This document shows, in pieces, positions 50,674 to 62,990 of a stretch of DNA of 64,000 bases (its first letter is position 1; each line of letters starts with the position of its first letter). This stretch comes from an uncultured Pseudomonadota bacterium (GTDB taxonomy: Bacteria > Oederibacteriota > Muellerivitia > Muellerivitales > Muellerivitaceae), in contig CAWJKT010000008.1 in NCBI GenBank assembly GCA_963843375.1, positions 160,001 through 224,000 of the forward strand, in the 5' to 3' direction. The notes under the pieces were generated by a model that did not search any database, was not told the DNA's origin, and saw only the letters and a program-made list of their open reading frames with translations. The translations under genes were made by a program, and so were the position numbers.

Positions 50674-52238
50674 AGGGGCTCCCGTTGATTTTCTCTTAAT
50701 TGCCGCAATAAACGCGGAAGATAGGGTAAAAGATCCCCCGCCAGTAATCCATCGGGGCCCAACCTCCGGCTGGCTTTTTCGCCCGCCAAACCGTGAAGGT
50801 ACACCCCAGTCGTCGCTGCGTCAAAGGGCGAAAGACGCTGGGCCAAGAGACCACCGATGATTCCGGACAAAACATCCCCGGTGCCGCCGGTCGCCAGTCC
50901 ACGGTTCCCGGTGGGGTTGATTCGAACCTCTCCCTGAGGATTGGCAATAACAGTGAATCTACCTTTTAAAACAACGGTCACATTATAGCCTTGGGCTATA
51001 TGCTTCGCAACTTTAACGCGGTTTTGTTCAACGTCGTTTATCGTCGTTTTCAACAGCCAGGCGGCTTCCCCCGGATGGGGCGTTAATATCGCGGGAGCTC
51101 TTAAAGCTTTAAAGATGTCCAATTGGGCTCCCAGCAGGTGGAGGGCGTCTGCGTCAACCACCATGGGAACGGTCAATTTGGTTAAAAGTTCCCTCAAGAG
51201 TTGGCCCGTCTCGCGGTGACGGCCGATTCCGGGGCCGATCACAATCGAATTCACGTTGGTCGTAAGATGGAGTATCCTTCCGGTGGCTTTCAAGGAAAGA
51301 AAACCTCCCTCCACCTCTGGAACCGGAGCGGTCATGGGCTCGGTGAGTTTTACAGCCATAATCGGAATTAAGCTTTCCGGACAAGCCACGGTCACCAATC
51401 CCGCGCCGATTCTCTGAGCGCCATAGGCGCTCAAAGCCGCCGCACCTGTCAAGCCTGTGGCGCCAGCCACAATCACGACCCGTCCACGAGTTCCCTTATG
51501 GGTATTCTCGTCATACTTCGGTAGCGACTTTTGCACCGTGGAAAGATCTGTGATTTCATGTTTCAAGAAGGAATTGCTCAGGAGAACTTCCGGAAAGCCG
51601 ATGTTGTCCACCAAAACTCGACCCGTATAGGTGGCGCCGATGGGAGTATAAAACCCCAGCTTGGCCAGGCCGAAAGTGACTGTCAATTGAGCGGGCAAGA
51701 CTTCTCCTATAGGTGTACCGGAGTTGGCGGAAAGCCCTGAAGGGATATCCACAGCCACGATGGGTTTTCCCATCGTTTTCACCGTTTGTACCAATTCCCG
51801 GCAGACTCCATCCATCGGCCGGGAAAGACCCGTGCCAAATAAAGCGTCCAATAAGAGATCGCATTCTTCCAATGCCAAGCGAACGGGTTTCAAACCATCG
51901 GAATTCGTTAAAGAAATGAGGGGGACTTTGGCCGCCTTGGCTTTTTGATATTGTTTAAGGGGTTCACCCGAGAGGTTCTCCGCCTCGCACAAAAGTATTA
52001 CCACCACACTGGCTTTTTTTTGCTTCAAGAGACGGGCAGCGACAAGCCCATCTCCTCCGTTATTTCCTTTTCCGCAAAGGACTCCAATGGTTTTATCCTC
52101 CAAATCGCCCCAAGTTTCTTCCAGGACCTTTACCACGGCGCTTCCGGCTTTTTCCATGAGGCCGGAAATGGTTTGACCTTGTTCCCTAACCGCCAATTCA
52201 TCGATTTTTCGCATGTCTTCCGCCGTGGCTAATTTCAT
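50562..52238 (-). CDS. nnr: Bifunctional NAD(P)H-hydrate epimerase/dehydratase (3' end uncertain)
   Basis: GKGNNGGDG, DALFGTG, HKGTRG, DADA, TPHPGE and GTGDVL motifs. Confidence 0.95.
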   Translation of the reverse strand: MKLATAEDMRKIDELAVREQGQTISGLMEKAGSAVVKVLEETWGDLEDKTIGVLCGKGNNGGDGLVAARLLKQKKASVVVILLCEAENLSGEPLKQYQKAKAAKVPLISLTNSDGLKPVRLALEECDLLLDALFGTGLSRPMDGVCRELVQTVKTMGKPIVAVDIPSGLSANSGTPIGEVLPAQLTVTFGLAKLGFYTPIGATYTGRVLVDNIGFPEVLLSNSFLKHEITDLSTVQKSLPKYDENTHKGTRGRVVIVAGATGLTGAAALSAYGAQRIGAGLVTVACPESLIPIMAVKLTEPMTAPVPEVEGGFLSLKATGRILHLTTNVNSIVIGPGIGRHRETGQLLRELLTKLTVPMVVDADALHLLGAQLDIFKALRAPAILTPHPGEAAWLLKTTINDVEQNRVKVAKHIAQGYNVTVVLKGRFTVIANPQGEVRINPTGNRGLATGGTGDVLSGIIGGLLAQRLSPFDAATTGVYLHGLAGEKASRRLGPDGLLAGDLLPYLPRLLRQLRENQREPLWPPQLKSKINGKRFVSSSKSGNRASTTISKPPESKN

Positions 52239-53758
52239 TTCGGGTTTCCTTTCCCCATTTTCGGAATGAGATAAACCCGACTTCTGAAAAATTGGGCCAC
52301 AAACCGGTAAGCGGCCGAAGCGGTGCGGTTTTGAAGACTAGGGTCCTCCATGACATCGGTTAAAAGAGGGACGACCAAACTTTGATCCTCATGAAGAGCC
52401 TCGGCCCCATAGTCTTCCACTAAATGATGATCCACATTATTAAGACGGGGAATATAAAAACTATGCAGGACGACATAGTCGCCAGGCTTGGGTTTGAATT
52501 GGGTGTTTTCCACTAGATAAGGCATCAAGATCACTTTCCGCCCTGACCAATATTGGGTTTTGGGAACCTCATCCGAATATATGACCGCGTCCGAAGGAAG
52601 CGTTTTGAGGAATTCCGAAGAACGTTTAATATCCCCAAATGAGTCATTTTGGCTGATAAGAACGGCCGCCGAATAAAGGAACAGCCAAGAAAGACAGAGC
52701 GTTAAGAGCCCATTCTTCATGAACATCACCCGCACCACCCCGGAGCTTTTATCCAGGCTTTCAAAAAAGGTTTCCAGGTGAAATCCGGCGGCCAAAAGCA
52801 GTAAAGGCAAAAACGGCATCATATGCCGGTCCTGGTAAGTGGCGGGAATAAGGCGGGAAATAAAAACCAGGACGTAGATTTGAAGGATAACTTTTTTAAA
52901 AGCTTCCCCCTCCAGTCCTGGACGCCTCACCATCTTGGCCAAGCCAAGAATCGCGAACCAAAAAACCAGAGGCGTGAAGACATACAAAGGCTGCGACAGG
53001 TAAGCGTAAAAATGGTCGATAAAATTCATGAAAGGGAACATTATCCGACCCGGCCCCTCGGTAAGCCCCATCCCTTCCCGATAAGCCAAAAGAAGGAGCA
53101 TCAGTTTTTGACTTAAAAAATAAACAGGCGCGGACCAAATCAATATCAAACCCACACCTCTTTTCCAAAGGCCGTCTTTGGAAAGCCCGATTCCCAAAAC
53201 CAAAATCCAGGGAAGCAAAAGAATTCCCTCGGGGCGGGTTAAGACAGCAACCGCTCCAGCGATGCAGGCTCCCCACCAGGCTTCCTGGCTTTTATGGACA
53301 TAAACCACGGTGAGTCTTTCCAAACACCACCAAAAGGCCGCCAAAAAAAGAGTGTCCGGCATGACCTTCAAGGACCATTGCCAAAGCAAGGGTGAGAATA
53401 AGGCCATTGAACAAATGATCCCCGCCATTTCCATCGGCACCCAACGTCGGGCCAATTTCCACAAAGGGATTAAAAAGAAAAGTCCTGCCAAAGAAGAAAG
53501 AATTCGTCCCCAAAGCCAGCCGGCAAAGCCCAATTGCTCTCCCACCCATAAAAGGGCGGGATATCCCGGCATGATGACAAAGCGGGGAGTTTGAACCAAA
53601 TCGGGTGAAAAATAAGTCAAGCTTAACACCCCGTCGGTGGTTTCAGCCGAGGCCAGTTTAAGCATTGGAACGCGAACCAGTAACCCGATGAAAACCAGGA
53701 ACCAGAACCATTGGGTTTCGGTCAATTGTCGGGGCCTTAATGATCTGGTTTCGGTCAT
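52235..53758 (-). CDS. Polytopic GT-C (ArnT/PMT-like) glycosyltransferase
   Basis: Acidic ETTD in the first loop, PGYP, LTRPEG, DRHMMP; many TM helices. Confidence 0.7.
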   Translation of the reverse strand: MTETRSLRPRQLTETQWFWFLVFIGLLVRVPMLKLASAETTDGVLSLTYFSPDLVQTPRFVIMPGYPALLWVGEQLGFAGWLWGRILSSLAGLFFLIPLWKLARRWVPMEMAGIICSMALFSPLLWQWSLKVMPDTLFLAAFWWCLERLTVVYVHKSQEAWWGACIAGAVAVLTRPEGILLLPWILVLGIGLSKDGLWKRGVGLILIWSAPVYFLSQKLMLLLLAYREGMGLTEGPGRIMFPFMNFIDHFYAYLSQPLYVFTPLVFWFAILGLAKMVRRPGLEGEAFKKVILQIYVLVFISRLIPATYQDRHMMPFLPLLLLAAGFHLETFFESLDKSSGVVRVMFMKNGLLTLCLSWLFLYSAAVLISQNDSFGDIKRSSEFLKTLPSDAVIYSDEVPKTQYWSGRKVILMPYLVENTQFKPKPGDYVVLHSFYIPRLNNVDHHLVEDYGAEALHEDQSLVVPLLTDVMEDPSLQNRTASAAYRFVAQFFRSRVYLIPKMGKGNPK

Positions 53759-54153
53759 TTTTTCTTTCTGATTTGAGAGGATTCAAAAATCACAGTGGCG
53801 GTTGCGTCCCGTTTGCTGTGGGCGATGGTCAAATGCATTCGGTCGATTTTTCGCTGGGATCTTAACTTTTCCATGATGCCTGTCAATTTCAGCGTAGGCT
53901 TACCGGAAATTTCTCGAACCACTTCTATTTGTGTCCACTTCCATCGTCCCCCGAAACCATGACTGAAAGCTTTAATGACCGCTTCTTTCGCGGCGAAACG
54001 TCCGGCCAAGGAGGGATAAGGATCACTTTTACGGAGGCAATACTCGGATTCGCCACGAGTGAAAAGGCGCTCAATGAAGCGCTGGCCATGTTTCAAATGG
54101 GCCTGTTTCACCCGCTCAATTTCAATTAAATCCACACCCAATCCCACAATCAT
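53755..54153 (-). CDS. acpS: Holo-ACP synthase
   Basis: GLGVDLIEIER, AGRFAAKEA and GKP motifs. Confidence 0.96.
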   Translation of the reverse strand: MIVGLGVDLIEIERVKQAHLKHGQRFIERLFTRGESEYCLRKSDPYPSLAGRFAAKEAVIKAFSHGFGGRWKWTQIEVVREISGKPTLKLTGIMEKLRSQRKIDRMHLTIAHSKRDATATVIFESSQIRKKK

Positions 54154-54220
54154 GTTGCATACCCTTTTACGACAAGAACAATGACCCCATTTTATCTTTA
54201 CGAAGGATTCAAATCCAAGG

Positions 54221-54559
54221 TTACATTTGGGAAGAAGGGTATTTCACCCATATCTTACCGTTTTCGATCTTAACCTCATATACGGCAATTCGGTCATCCG
54301 AAATGCCTTTGGTGGCTTTTCCGGTGGCCAAGTCGAAAGTCCATTGGTGTAGGGGGCAGACGACGCAGTTGCCGTACAGGGTTCCCCTGCCCAAATAGCC
54401 CCCCACATGGGGGCAATCATTATCAATGGCGTAGACTTTTCCGTACCTTTTGACGACTGCGATTCGATGGCCTTTGATATTCACGATCTCCATGCTGTTG
54501 TCGGCCAGGGTGGTTTCAGTGAGCACTTCATGAAAAGAAGAAGGAATATCGGAATTCAC
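54221..54559 (-). CDS. Rieske [2Fe-2S] ferredoxin
   Basis: CPH...CPLH motif. Confidence 0.9.
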   Translation of the reverse strand: MNSDIPSSFHEVLTETTLADNSMEIVNIKGHRIAVVKRYGKVYAIDNDCPHVGGYLGRGTLYGNCVVCPLHQWTFDLATGKATKGISDDRIAVYEVKIENGKIWVKYPSSQM

Positions 54560-54582
54560 ATGCGGCTCCAGGAAGAGCAGTC

Positions 54583-54999
54583 TTATTTTTTGAGGGCTTG
54601 AGCTTCTTCGACAACCTTCAAACGAGCTTCGGCGCGGGCGAGGGCAAGCCGGGCGGCATTGAGATCCGTGCCTTCTTTTTTAGCTGTCAACAAGTCTTCG
54701 GCTAATTTCTTATTTTTGCGGGTTTCTTCCACGTCAATCATGTCAGCTTTCACATATTCCTCCGCTAATACAATTACCGAAGAAGCGTTTACTTCCACGA
54801 AGCCCCCAGCCACGAAATAAAGCTCCCTTTCCTGGCCTTTGATAATACGTAGAGTTCCTGGTTTGAGCGCGGACAAAAGGGACATATGGCCGGCCATAAC
54901 CCCGAACTCCCCAACTTCTCCGGGAAGAACCGCCAGACTCACTTCCTCCGTGATCGCGGGCGCATCGGGGGCAACGACTTGAAATTTGAATGTCTTCAT
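54583..54999 (-). CDS. atpC: ATP synthase epsilon subunit
   Basis: PGEVGEFGVMAGH and GGFVEV motifs. Confidence 0.95.
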   Translation of the reverse strand: MKTFKFQVVAPDAPAITEEVSLAVLPGEVGEFGVMAGHMSLLSALKPGTLRIIKGQERELYFVAGGFVEVNASSVIVLAEEYVKADMIDVEETRKNKKLAEDLLTAKKEGTDLNAARLALARAEARLKVVEEAQALKK

Positions 55000-55019
55000 A
55001 AAACCTCGTAAGAACCGGA

Positions 55020-57341
<2,322 letters not shown>

Positions 57342-57395
57342 GGATTACCTTATTCCAGTCCCAGCTCTTCGCGCTGGCTTCGGGCGAGCCGCTTC

Positions 57396-58907
57396 TTAGT
57401 AATAACTTTTTGCGTATTCGGTGATGGCCGCCGACAACTTCGCCTTGGTTTCCTCCGTCAAGTCGCCCTTTTCTTTAATGTCCTTTAAGATGTCCGGGTT
57501 CTTGGCTTTCAAGTGGGACAAGAGACCCGTTTCAAAAGCTTTCACTTTATCCACCGGCAAGGGATCCAGGAAACCATTGTTTCCAGCGAAAATAGAAGCC
57601 ACTTGGTCTTCCATTTCCATAGGCGCGTATTGGGGCTGTTTCAACAGTTCCACCAAGCGAGCTCCCCGGTTTAATTGGGCCATGGAGGCTTTGTCCAACT
57701 CGGCTCCAAATTGGGCAAAAGCGGCCAGTTCGTTATATTGGGCCATGTCTAATTTCAATTTCCCGGCAACCTTTTTAGTGGCCTTGGTTTGGGCATTGCC
57801 GCCGACGCGGGAAACGGAGATACCTACGTTGATAGCCGGACGGATGCCCGAATTGAAAAGGTTGGATTCAAGAAAGATTTGCCCATCGGTGATGGAAATA
57901 ACGTTAGTGGGGATATAAGCCGTCACGTCTCCGGCCTGAGTTTCGATGATGGGAAGGGCCGTGAGCGATCCTCCTCCCAGCTTGTCGTTTAGTTTGCAAG
58001 CCCTTTCCAACAAACGGGAATGAAGGTAAAACACGTCGCCCGGATAAGCCTCGCGGCCCGGCGGGCGGCGGAGCAAAAGGGACAACTCACGATAGGCGAC
58101 GGCCTGCTTGGACAAATCGTCATAAACGATCAAGGCATGACCACCGTTATAAGTGAATTCCTCTGCCACGGCGCATCCAGCGTAAGGGGCGATGTATTGG
58201 AGGGGAGCGGGGTCGGAAGCGGTGGCGGAAACAATGATGCAATAATTCAAAGCATCATGTTCTTCCAAGGTGCGGATGATTTGTGCCACGGTGGATTGCT
58301 TTTGTCCGATGGCCACGTAGACACATATCACATTCTTTCCCTTGAGATTCAAAATCGCATCGATGGCTACCGCGGTTTTCCCCGTCTGCCTATCGCCGAT
58401 GATCAATTCCCTCTGTCCCCGGCCAATGGGGATCATACAATCGATGGCCTTGATGCCCGTGTGAAGGGGCTGCTTGACCGGTTGACGCTCGATAACGCCT
58501 GGCGCACGGATTTCAAGACGGCGGGTATGGGAGGCCTTCAAGGGGCCTTTGCCGTCCAAAGGCTGCCCCAGCGGATTGACCACCCGGCCCAAAAGTTCCT
58601 TTCCGGTTGGAATCTCCGCGATACGCCCCGTCAAATGAACCGGATCGCCCTCTTTGACTTTCGTTGTGTCTCCCATCAAAACCGCTCCGACCGAATCGGT
58701 TTCCAGGTTGAAGGCGATGCCGTAAACCTCGTTAGGGAATTTGAGCAATTCTCCGGCCATGGCGTTTTTGAGTCCGTAAATGACCGCCACTCCATCGCCC
58801 ACTTTGAGAACCTCGCCCAATTGGGCCAGTTCCGCCTCGGGCTTAAATTCTTCGATTCGGGATTTTAGGATCTTGGTTACTTCATCCGCTTGAAGGGCCA
58901 CTTCCAT
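57396..58907 (-). CDS. atpA: ATP synthase alpha subunit
   Basis: GDRQTGKT and [13 protein letters not shown] motifs. Confidence 0.98.
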   Translation of the reverse strand: MEVALQADEVTKILKSRIEEFKPEAELAQLGEVLKVGDGVAVIYGLKNAMAGELLKFPNEVYGIAFNLETDSVGAVLMGDTTKVKEGDPVHLTGRIAEIPTGKELLGRVVNPLGQPLDGKGPLKASHTRRLEIRAPGVIERQPVKQPLHTGIKAIDCMIPIGRGQRELIIGDRQTGKTAVAIDAILNLKGKNVICVYVAIGQKQSTVAQIIRTLEEHDALNYCIIVSATASDPAPLQYIAPYAGCAVAEEFTYNGGHALIVYDDLSKQAVAYRELSLLLRRPPGREAYPGDVFYLHSRLLERACKLNDKLGGGSLTALPIIETQAGDVTAYIPTNVISITDGQIFLESNLFNSGIRPAINVGISVSRVGGNAQTKATKKVAGKLKLDMAQYNELAAFAQFGAELDKASMAQLNRGARLVELLKQPQYAPMEMEDQVASIFAGNNGFLDPLPVDKVKAFETGLLSHLKAKNPDILKDIKEKGDLTEETKAKLSAAITEYAKSYY

Positions 58908-58916
58908 CCTCCGGTT

Positions 58917-59462
58917 TTATTCTATTTCCACTTTCAACAAACGTTGTTTCATGCGTTCCAACTGGCCCAAGACGCTTCCATCCATGCGCTGGTCGCCCAA
59001 GTAAATCATCATTCCGCCGATTAAGTCCGGCTTCACTTCTTCTTTTAACTCCACTACTACCCCGAACATTTGGGACAATTTTTCGGTCAATGTCCTTTTT
59101 TGGTCGGCAACTAATGGCAGCGCTGTCAAAACTCGGGCGATGGCTTTGCCCTTCATTTGATAAAGAAGACGCTCGTAATGGTCCGCCACGGCTTTCAGAT
59201 GCTTGATGCGTTTTTTCATGATCAGGAGCATGAGAAAATTTTCCATTGTGGCGGAAAGCTTTTCGCCCAAAAAACCCCTGAGCGCCTCCAACTTCTCCCC
59301 TGTTTTAATCCGGGGATGCTCCAAGGTTTTTTTGAGCTCGGGGTTTTGCTCTACCAGTTTTTGGATCAATTGGATTTCAGCGCCGATGGCATCCACCGTT
59401 TTTTGTTCCTGTGCCACCTGCAAGAGCGCCACCGCATACTTTTCAGCTATAACTGTTTCCAT
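58917..59462 (-). CDS. atpH: ATP synthase delta subunit
   Basis: AEKYAVAL, PDLIGG and DGSV; operon position. Confidence 0.93.
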   Translation of the reverse strand: METVIAEKYAVALLQVAQEQKTVDAIGAEIQLIQKLVEQNPELKKTLEHPRIKTGEKLEALRGFLGEKLSATMENFLMLLIMKKRIKHLKAVADHYERLLYQMKGKAIARVLTALPLVADQKRTLTEKLSQMFGVVVELKEEVKPDLIGGMMIYLGDQRMDGSVLGQLERMKQRLLKVEIE

Positions 59463-59495
59463 ATTCCCCCTCACAACGGCTTAAGATTGAATCGC

Positions 59496-59984
59496 CTAGT
59501 TCTTTCGGCCGCTCAATTCCTTGACGCTTTCCTGGACCAGTCTTTCCTGTGCTTTTGCGTCCACAGAGGACCGGAGTATTTTTTCGGCGATCGCGACCGC
59601 CATATTCCCCACTTCTTTTTGAAGGGATTGGGTCACCGCCAAGCGCTCGCTTTCGATGGCCTTCCGGGCTTCAGCCAGGATCAATTCGGCTTCTTTGCGA
59701 GCGACTTGGATGACTTCATCCCGGGAATGGGCCGCGTCTTGACGGGATCTTTGCAAAATATCGGCGATATTTTGCTCCAATTCTTTTACTTTTTTTTCAA
59801 AATCCGCCTTTAGGACCTCCGCTTCCTTTTGACGCTTTTCTGCGGTGGTCAATTGGTCTTCAATCCTTTTTTGTCGGCTATCCATCCAACCCTTCAATTG
59901 CGGAAGGAAGATTTTGGAAGACAGCCACATTCCCACGAGGAAAGTCGCCAACTGCAAGAGAAATACATTCAGGTTAAATTCCAT
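59496..59984 (-). CDS. atpF: ATP synthase subunit b
   Basis: N-terminal TM plus coiled coil; operon position. Confidence 0.92.
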   Translation of the reverse strand: MEFNLNVFLLQLATFLVGMWLSSKIFLPQLKGWMDSRQKRIEDQLTTAEKRQKEAEVLKADFEKKVKELEQNIADILQRSRQDAAHSRDEVIQVARKEAELILAEARKAIESERLAVTQSLQKEVGNMAVAIAEKILRSSVDAKAQERLVQESVKELSGRKN

Positions 59985-60054
59985 GACTTATCTTTTCCTC
60001 AAGTTCAAATATACCGGGGATTTTAAGCTCCAGGCAAAATGGCAGTAAAATTCT

Positions 60055-60408
60055 TCAGTTAATGAACAGATCCTTAAAGGGATTCGCATAAATCAAAATC
60101 ATGGCCACGGCCAAGGCATAGATACAAAGGGATTCGATAAATGCCAAGCCGATGAACATGTTGGTCTGGATGGTATTCACCATCTCCGGCTGGCGGGCCA
60201 TGGCTTCCAGGGCTTTGCCGACTGCCGTTCCTTGCCCAATTCCTGCACCAATAGCTCCTAATCCGATTGCCAATCCGGCTCCCAAGACGGTCATACCGAA
60301 AAACCAAACGCTTCCATCGGCGGCTTTTCCTGCTTGTCCCGCCCAAACCGCACCATTTATCGTCAGGAAAACAACCGTCAAGGCCAACAACGTCAAAAAC
60401 TTTCTCAT
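60055..60408 (-). CDS. atpE: ATP synthase subunit c with N-terminal extension
   Basis: GAGIGQG, ARQPE, FIESLCIY and ANPF motifs. Confidence 0.96.
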   Translation of the reverse strand: MRKFLTLLALTVVFLTINGAVWAGQAGKAADGSVWFFGMTVLGAGLAIGLGAIGAGIGQGTAVGKALEAMARQPEMVNTIQTNMFIGLAFIESLCIYALAVAMILIYANPFKDLFIN

Positions 60409-60497
60409 CTTCGTCTCCTTAAAATGGTTTCACGAATCCCCAAAGGCAAGCGGGGGCAAGCCTAGGAGGAATTCCGCTTGCGCGGAAACGTCGTCTG

Positions 60498-61325
60498 TCA
60501 ATCGTTGGCGAGAATACCCTCTTGGTTCGCTTCACCATGTTCCTCGTGTTCCTGTATAGCTGACCCAATGTAAACCATTGAAAGAAACATAAAAACAAAA
60601 CCCTGCATAAACGAAACAAAAACCCCCAAAACAATGATCAAAAACCGCAAAATAAATGGAAACACCACAAAGGCCTTGGACATCGGAGTGAGGTTCCACA
60701 AGATCATGACGAGAAGAATGGAAACCCCAAGGATTTTTTCCTTTCCCATCATGTTTCCAAACAACCGCAAGGTAAGAGAAACCGGTTTAACGAGTTCCCC
60801 CACTAAGTGGATAGCCGGCATCATGATCAGGAGTCCCAGTGAAATGACGCGAACCATGATTTTGAGCCAAAGTGGGGAATGAGGATCCACCGAAATAGGG
60901 GGGGGGAGATAATGGGATAGGTATTTCCCCAATCCTTTTTCTTTTATTCCAAAATAATGGGTGGAAAGAAAAACAATCAGAGCCATGCCTACATTAACGT
61001 CCACCCGGCTCGTCGGCGACATTGAACCCGGGATAAGTCCCATTAAATTCGAAAAAAAGATGAAAAGAAAAAGATAAAAAAAGAGGGGAAAAAAGAAAGG
61101 TGCGTGCTTGCCTACCTGCGGTTCGGCCATGCTTTGGACAAAATCCACCACCATCTCAAAAAAATTCTGAAGACCCACCGGCACCAATTTCATGTTACGA
61201 CAGGCCAACCCCAGCAGAATAATTAAAAGAAGCGAAACAAACCAGGAAACCGTCAAAGCGTTGATGGCGTTATCCAACCCCAGGAAATGAAATGGAATAA
61301 AAATAGGGCTTTCGGCTGACTCCAT
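60498..61325 (-). CDS. atpB: ATP synthase subunit a
   Basis: LQNFFE, SNLMGLIP, SLTLRLFGN and MQGFVF motifs. Confidence 0.96.
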   Translation of the reverse strand: MESAESPIFIPFHFLGLDNAINALTVSWFVSLLLIILLGLACRNMKLVPVGLQNFFEMVVDFVQSMAEPQVGKHAPFFFPLFFYLFLFIFFSNLMGLIPGSMSPTSRVDVNVGMALIVFLSTHYFGIKEKGLGKYLSHYLPPPISVDPHSPLWLKIMVRVISLGLLIMMPAIHLVGELVKPVSLTLRLFGNMMGKEKILGVSILLVMILWNLTPMSKAFVVFPFILRFLIIVLGVFVSFMQGFVFMFLSMVYIGSAIQEHEEHGEANQEGILAND

Positions 61326-61432
61326 AACAGAAACCTTTCGTTGGTCATTCGACTTCTTTGTGGGATGAGGGATAGGTGTTCGAAAGATGCTTTAACGAAA
61401 AAACTTTATAAAAAGCTTCCCAAAGCGGGGGT

Positions 61433-61461
61433 AGTCTAATGATTTCCCCAAGAATGGTCAA
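61433..61461 (-). promoter_or_regulatory. Sigma70 promoter upstream of atpB
   Basis: TTGACC-N17-TAGACT. Confidence 0.65.
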
Positions 61462-61487
61462 CCCTCGTCAAAACAAAAAATATTTTT

Positions 61488-61922
61488 TCATACCGGTTTT
61501 ACAAAGTTTTTAGAGGAGAAAGCGAATCGCCATTGGGCCAAACCCAAAACCAACAAAAACCAAAGATAACTTCCAACCGCCGCAAGGAGGCAAGCAGGGG
61601 AAACGAGTAAAAGAACTCGACAAGCGGCCACCAAAGTCAGCCAACGAATAATGTTCCAAAACCAAAATAACTTCCGGCCTTTTTCCCCCAACTTTAGGAC
61701 TTTTCCTGTCAACGATTGCAAGGCATAAAGATTGAGGGTGGAAAGAAGGCTTCCAAGAAAGATACCTATAGCAAGTTCCTGCTTTTGAAGAAAAAAAAAC
61801 ACAAGGGAACCGGCCACCCCTCCAAAAAGGTTAACCACCACGACAAATCCCATCCAATTGATCATTGGATGAGAATGCCGATTAGGTTTTATTTTAGATC
61901 GGTTCAAGTTTGGTGAAGTCAT
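61488..61922 (-). CDS. atpI: ATP synthase protein I
   Basis: Four TM helices; position upstream of atpB. Confidence 0.75.
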   Translation of the reverse strand: MTSPNLNRSKIKPNRHSHPMINWMGFVVVVNLFGGVAGSLVFFFLQKQELAIGIFLGSLLSTLNLYALQSLTGKVLKLGEKGRKLFWFWNIIRWLTLVAACRVLLLVSPACLLAAVGSYLWFLLVLGLAQWRFAFSSKNFVKPV

Positions 61923-62158
61923 CGGGAGGGGGGGGGTCTTGAAGTGCCCCCCAGTGCTTTTAGGTCCTCAAATAAAAGAAAATAACTTGTCAAAACCCCG
62001 AATAAAAAACCTACCATCATAATCCAATCGCCCAGGTGAAAAAATCTTTTTAACAACCAGCCAAGTCCCATACCAGCGAAAGTACACAAGACAAAATTTA
62101 TTCCAAGGGTGGAGAGTCGTAAGAGATTGGCGCCGGTGGATAGTTTTCCCTTGTCCAT
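61919..62158 (-). CDS. AtpZ/AtpI-family small membrane protein
   Basis: LGINFVLCTFAGMGLGWLL...W...GFLFG; operon position. Confidence 0.8.
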   Translation of the reverse strand: MDKGKLSTGANLLRLSTLGINFVLCTFAGMGLGWLLKRFFHLGDWIMMVGFLFGVLTSYFLLFEDLKALGGTSRPPPSR

Positions 62159-62430
62159 TTACCGTCCTTTTCAATATGAAACGCTGCCTTGATGTACACA
62201 TCCTCGGGCTTCAGCAGGGACTCGGCCTTGGGCCGATCTTCCTTCACGATTACCAAGCCCAATCCACAGTCATCTTGGATATCCCGAGGACGGGGAATTA
62301 GTTTGAAACGCATCCGGCCGCCCTTCAAGATCGATTCGGCGTGCATGGTTTCGTGGGTGGTGTGGAACAGCAAAACGAAATGTTTATCCGTTAACGCCAA
62401 TCGGCCGGGCGGGGATTGGGACGTCGCCAT
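62098..62430 (-). CDS. DUF3343 family protein
   Basis: FHTTHETMHAE...IPRPRDIQDDCGL. Confidence 0.8.
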   Translation of the reverse strand: MATSQSPPGRLALTDKHFVLLFHTTHETMHAESILKGGRMRFKLIPRPRDIQDDCGLGLVIVKEDRPKAESLLKPEDVYIKAAFHIEKDGKWTRENYPPAPISYDSPPLE

Positions 62431-62498
62431 CTCGGCTCCTTTAAAGCACCGGAGGGCGGATCAGCCTTCAACCCTCAATAAAGCAGTTTCGGAATTAA

Positions 62499-62990
62499 CT
62501 AAGTCTGTCCGGGGAAATTAAAGTCCTTGGGCGAAAGGTTTTCAAGGAACTTTTTAAACTCGCTCATTTCCTCTTTATATTTTTCCTTATCTACAATGGT
62601 GGCATTCACCACCACTTTTTCGGCGACGAAAATAGGTGAGCCGGTCCGAAGGGCCAGGGCAATGGCATCCGAAGGGCGGGCGTCGATTTCGGTCTTCTCG
62701 GGCGCTCCAGGGATTTCCAAAAAAACGCGGGCAAAGAACGTATTTTGGTGAATGTCGTTTACGAGTACCTTAGCGACTTTAGCCCCCAGGGCATCAATAA
62801 TGTTCTTTAAAAGATCATGGGTCATGGGTCGGGGAATCACTTGTTCTTGGAGCTGGATAAAAATGGCGGTAGCTTCCGCCACCCCAATGGGGATAGGTAA
62901 ATAACGTTTTTCTTCCTCGTCGGTCAAAATAACCATAGGGATCTTTAACCCAGGATCAACGGCGATTCCCCTTACTTTCATTTCAATCAT
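62499..62990 (-). CDS. Bifunctional nuclease (DUF151), copy 2
   Basis: LPIPIGVAEA, RPMTHDL and DARPSDAIALALR. Confidence 0.92.
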   Translation of the reverse strand: MIEMKVRGIAVDPGLKIPMVILTDEEEKRYLPIPIGVAEATAIFIQLQEQVIPRPMTHDLLKNIIDALGAKVAKVLVNDIHQNTFFARVFLEIPGAPEKTEIDARPSDAIALALRTGSPIFVAEKVVVNATIVDKEKYKEEMSEFKKFLENLSPKDFNFPGQT

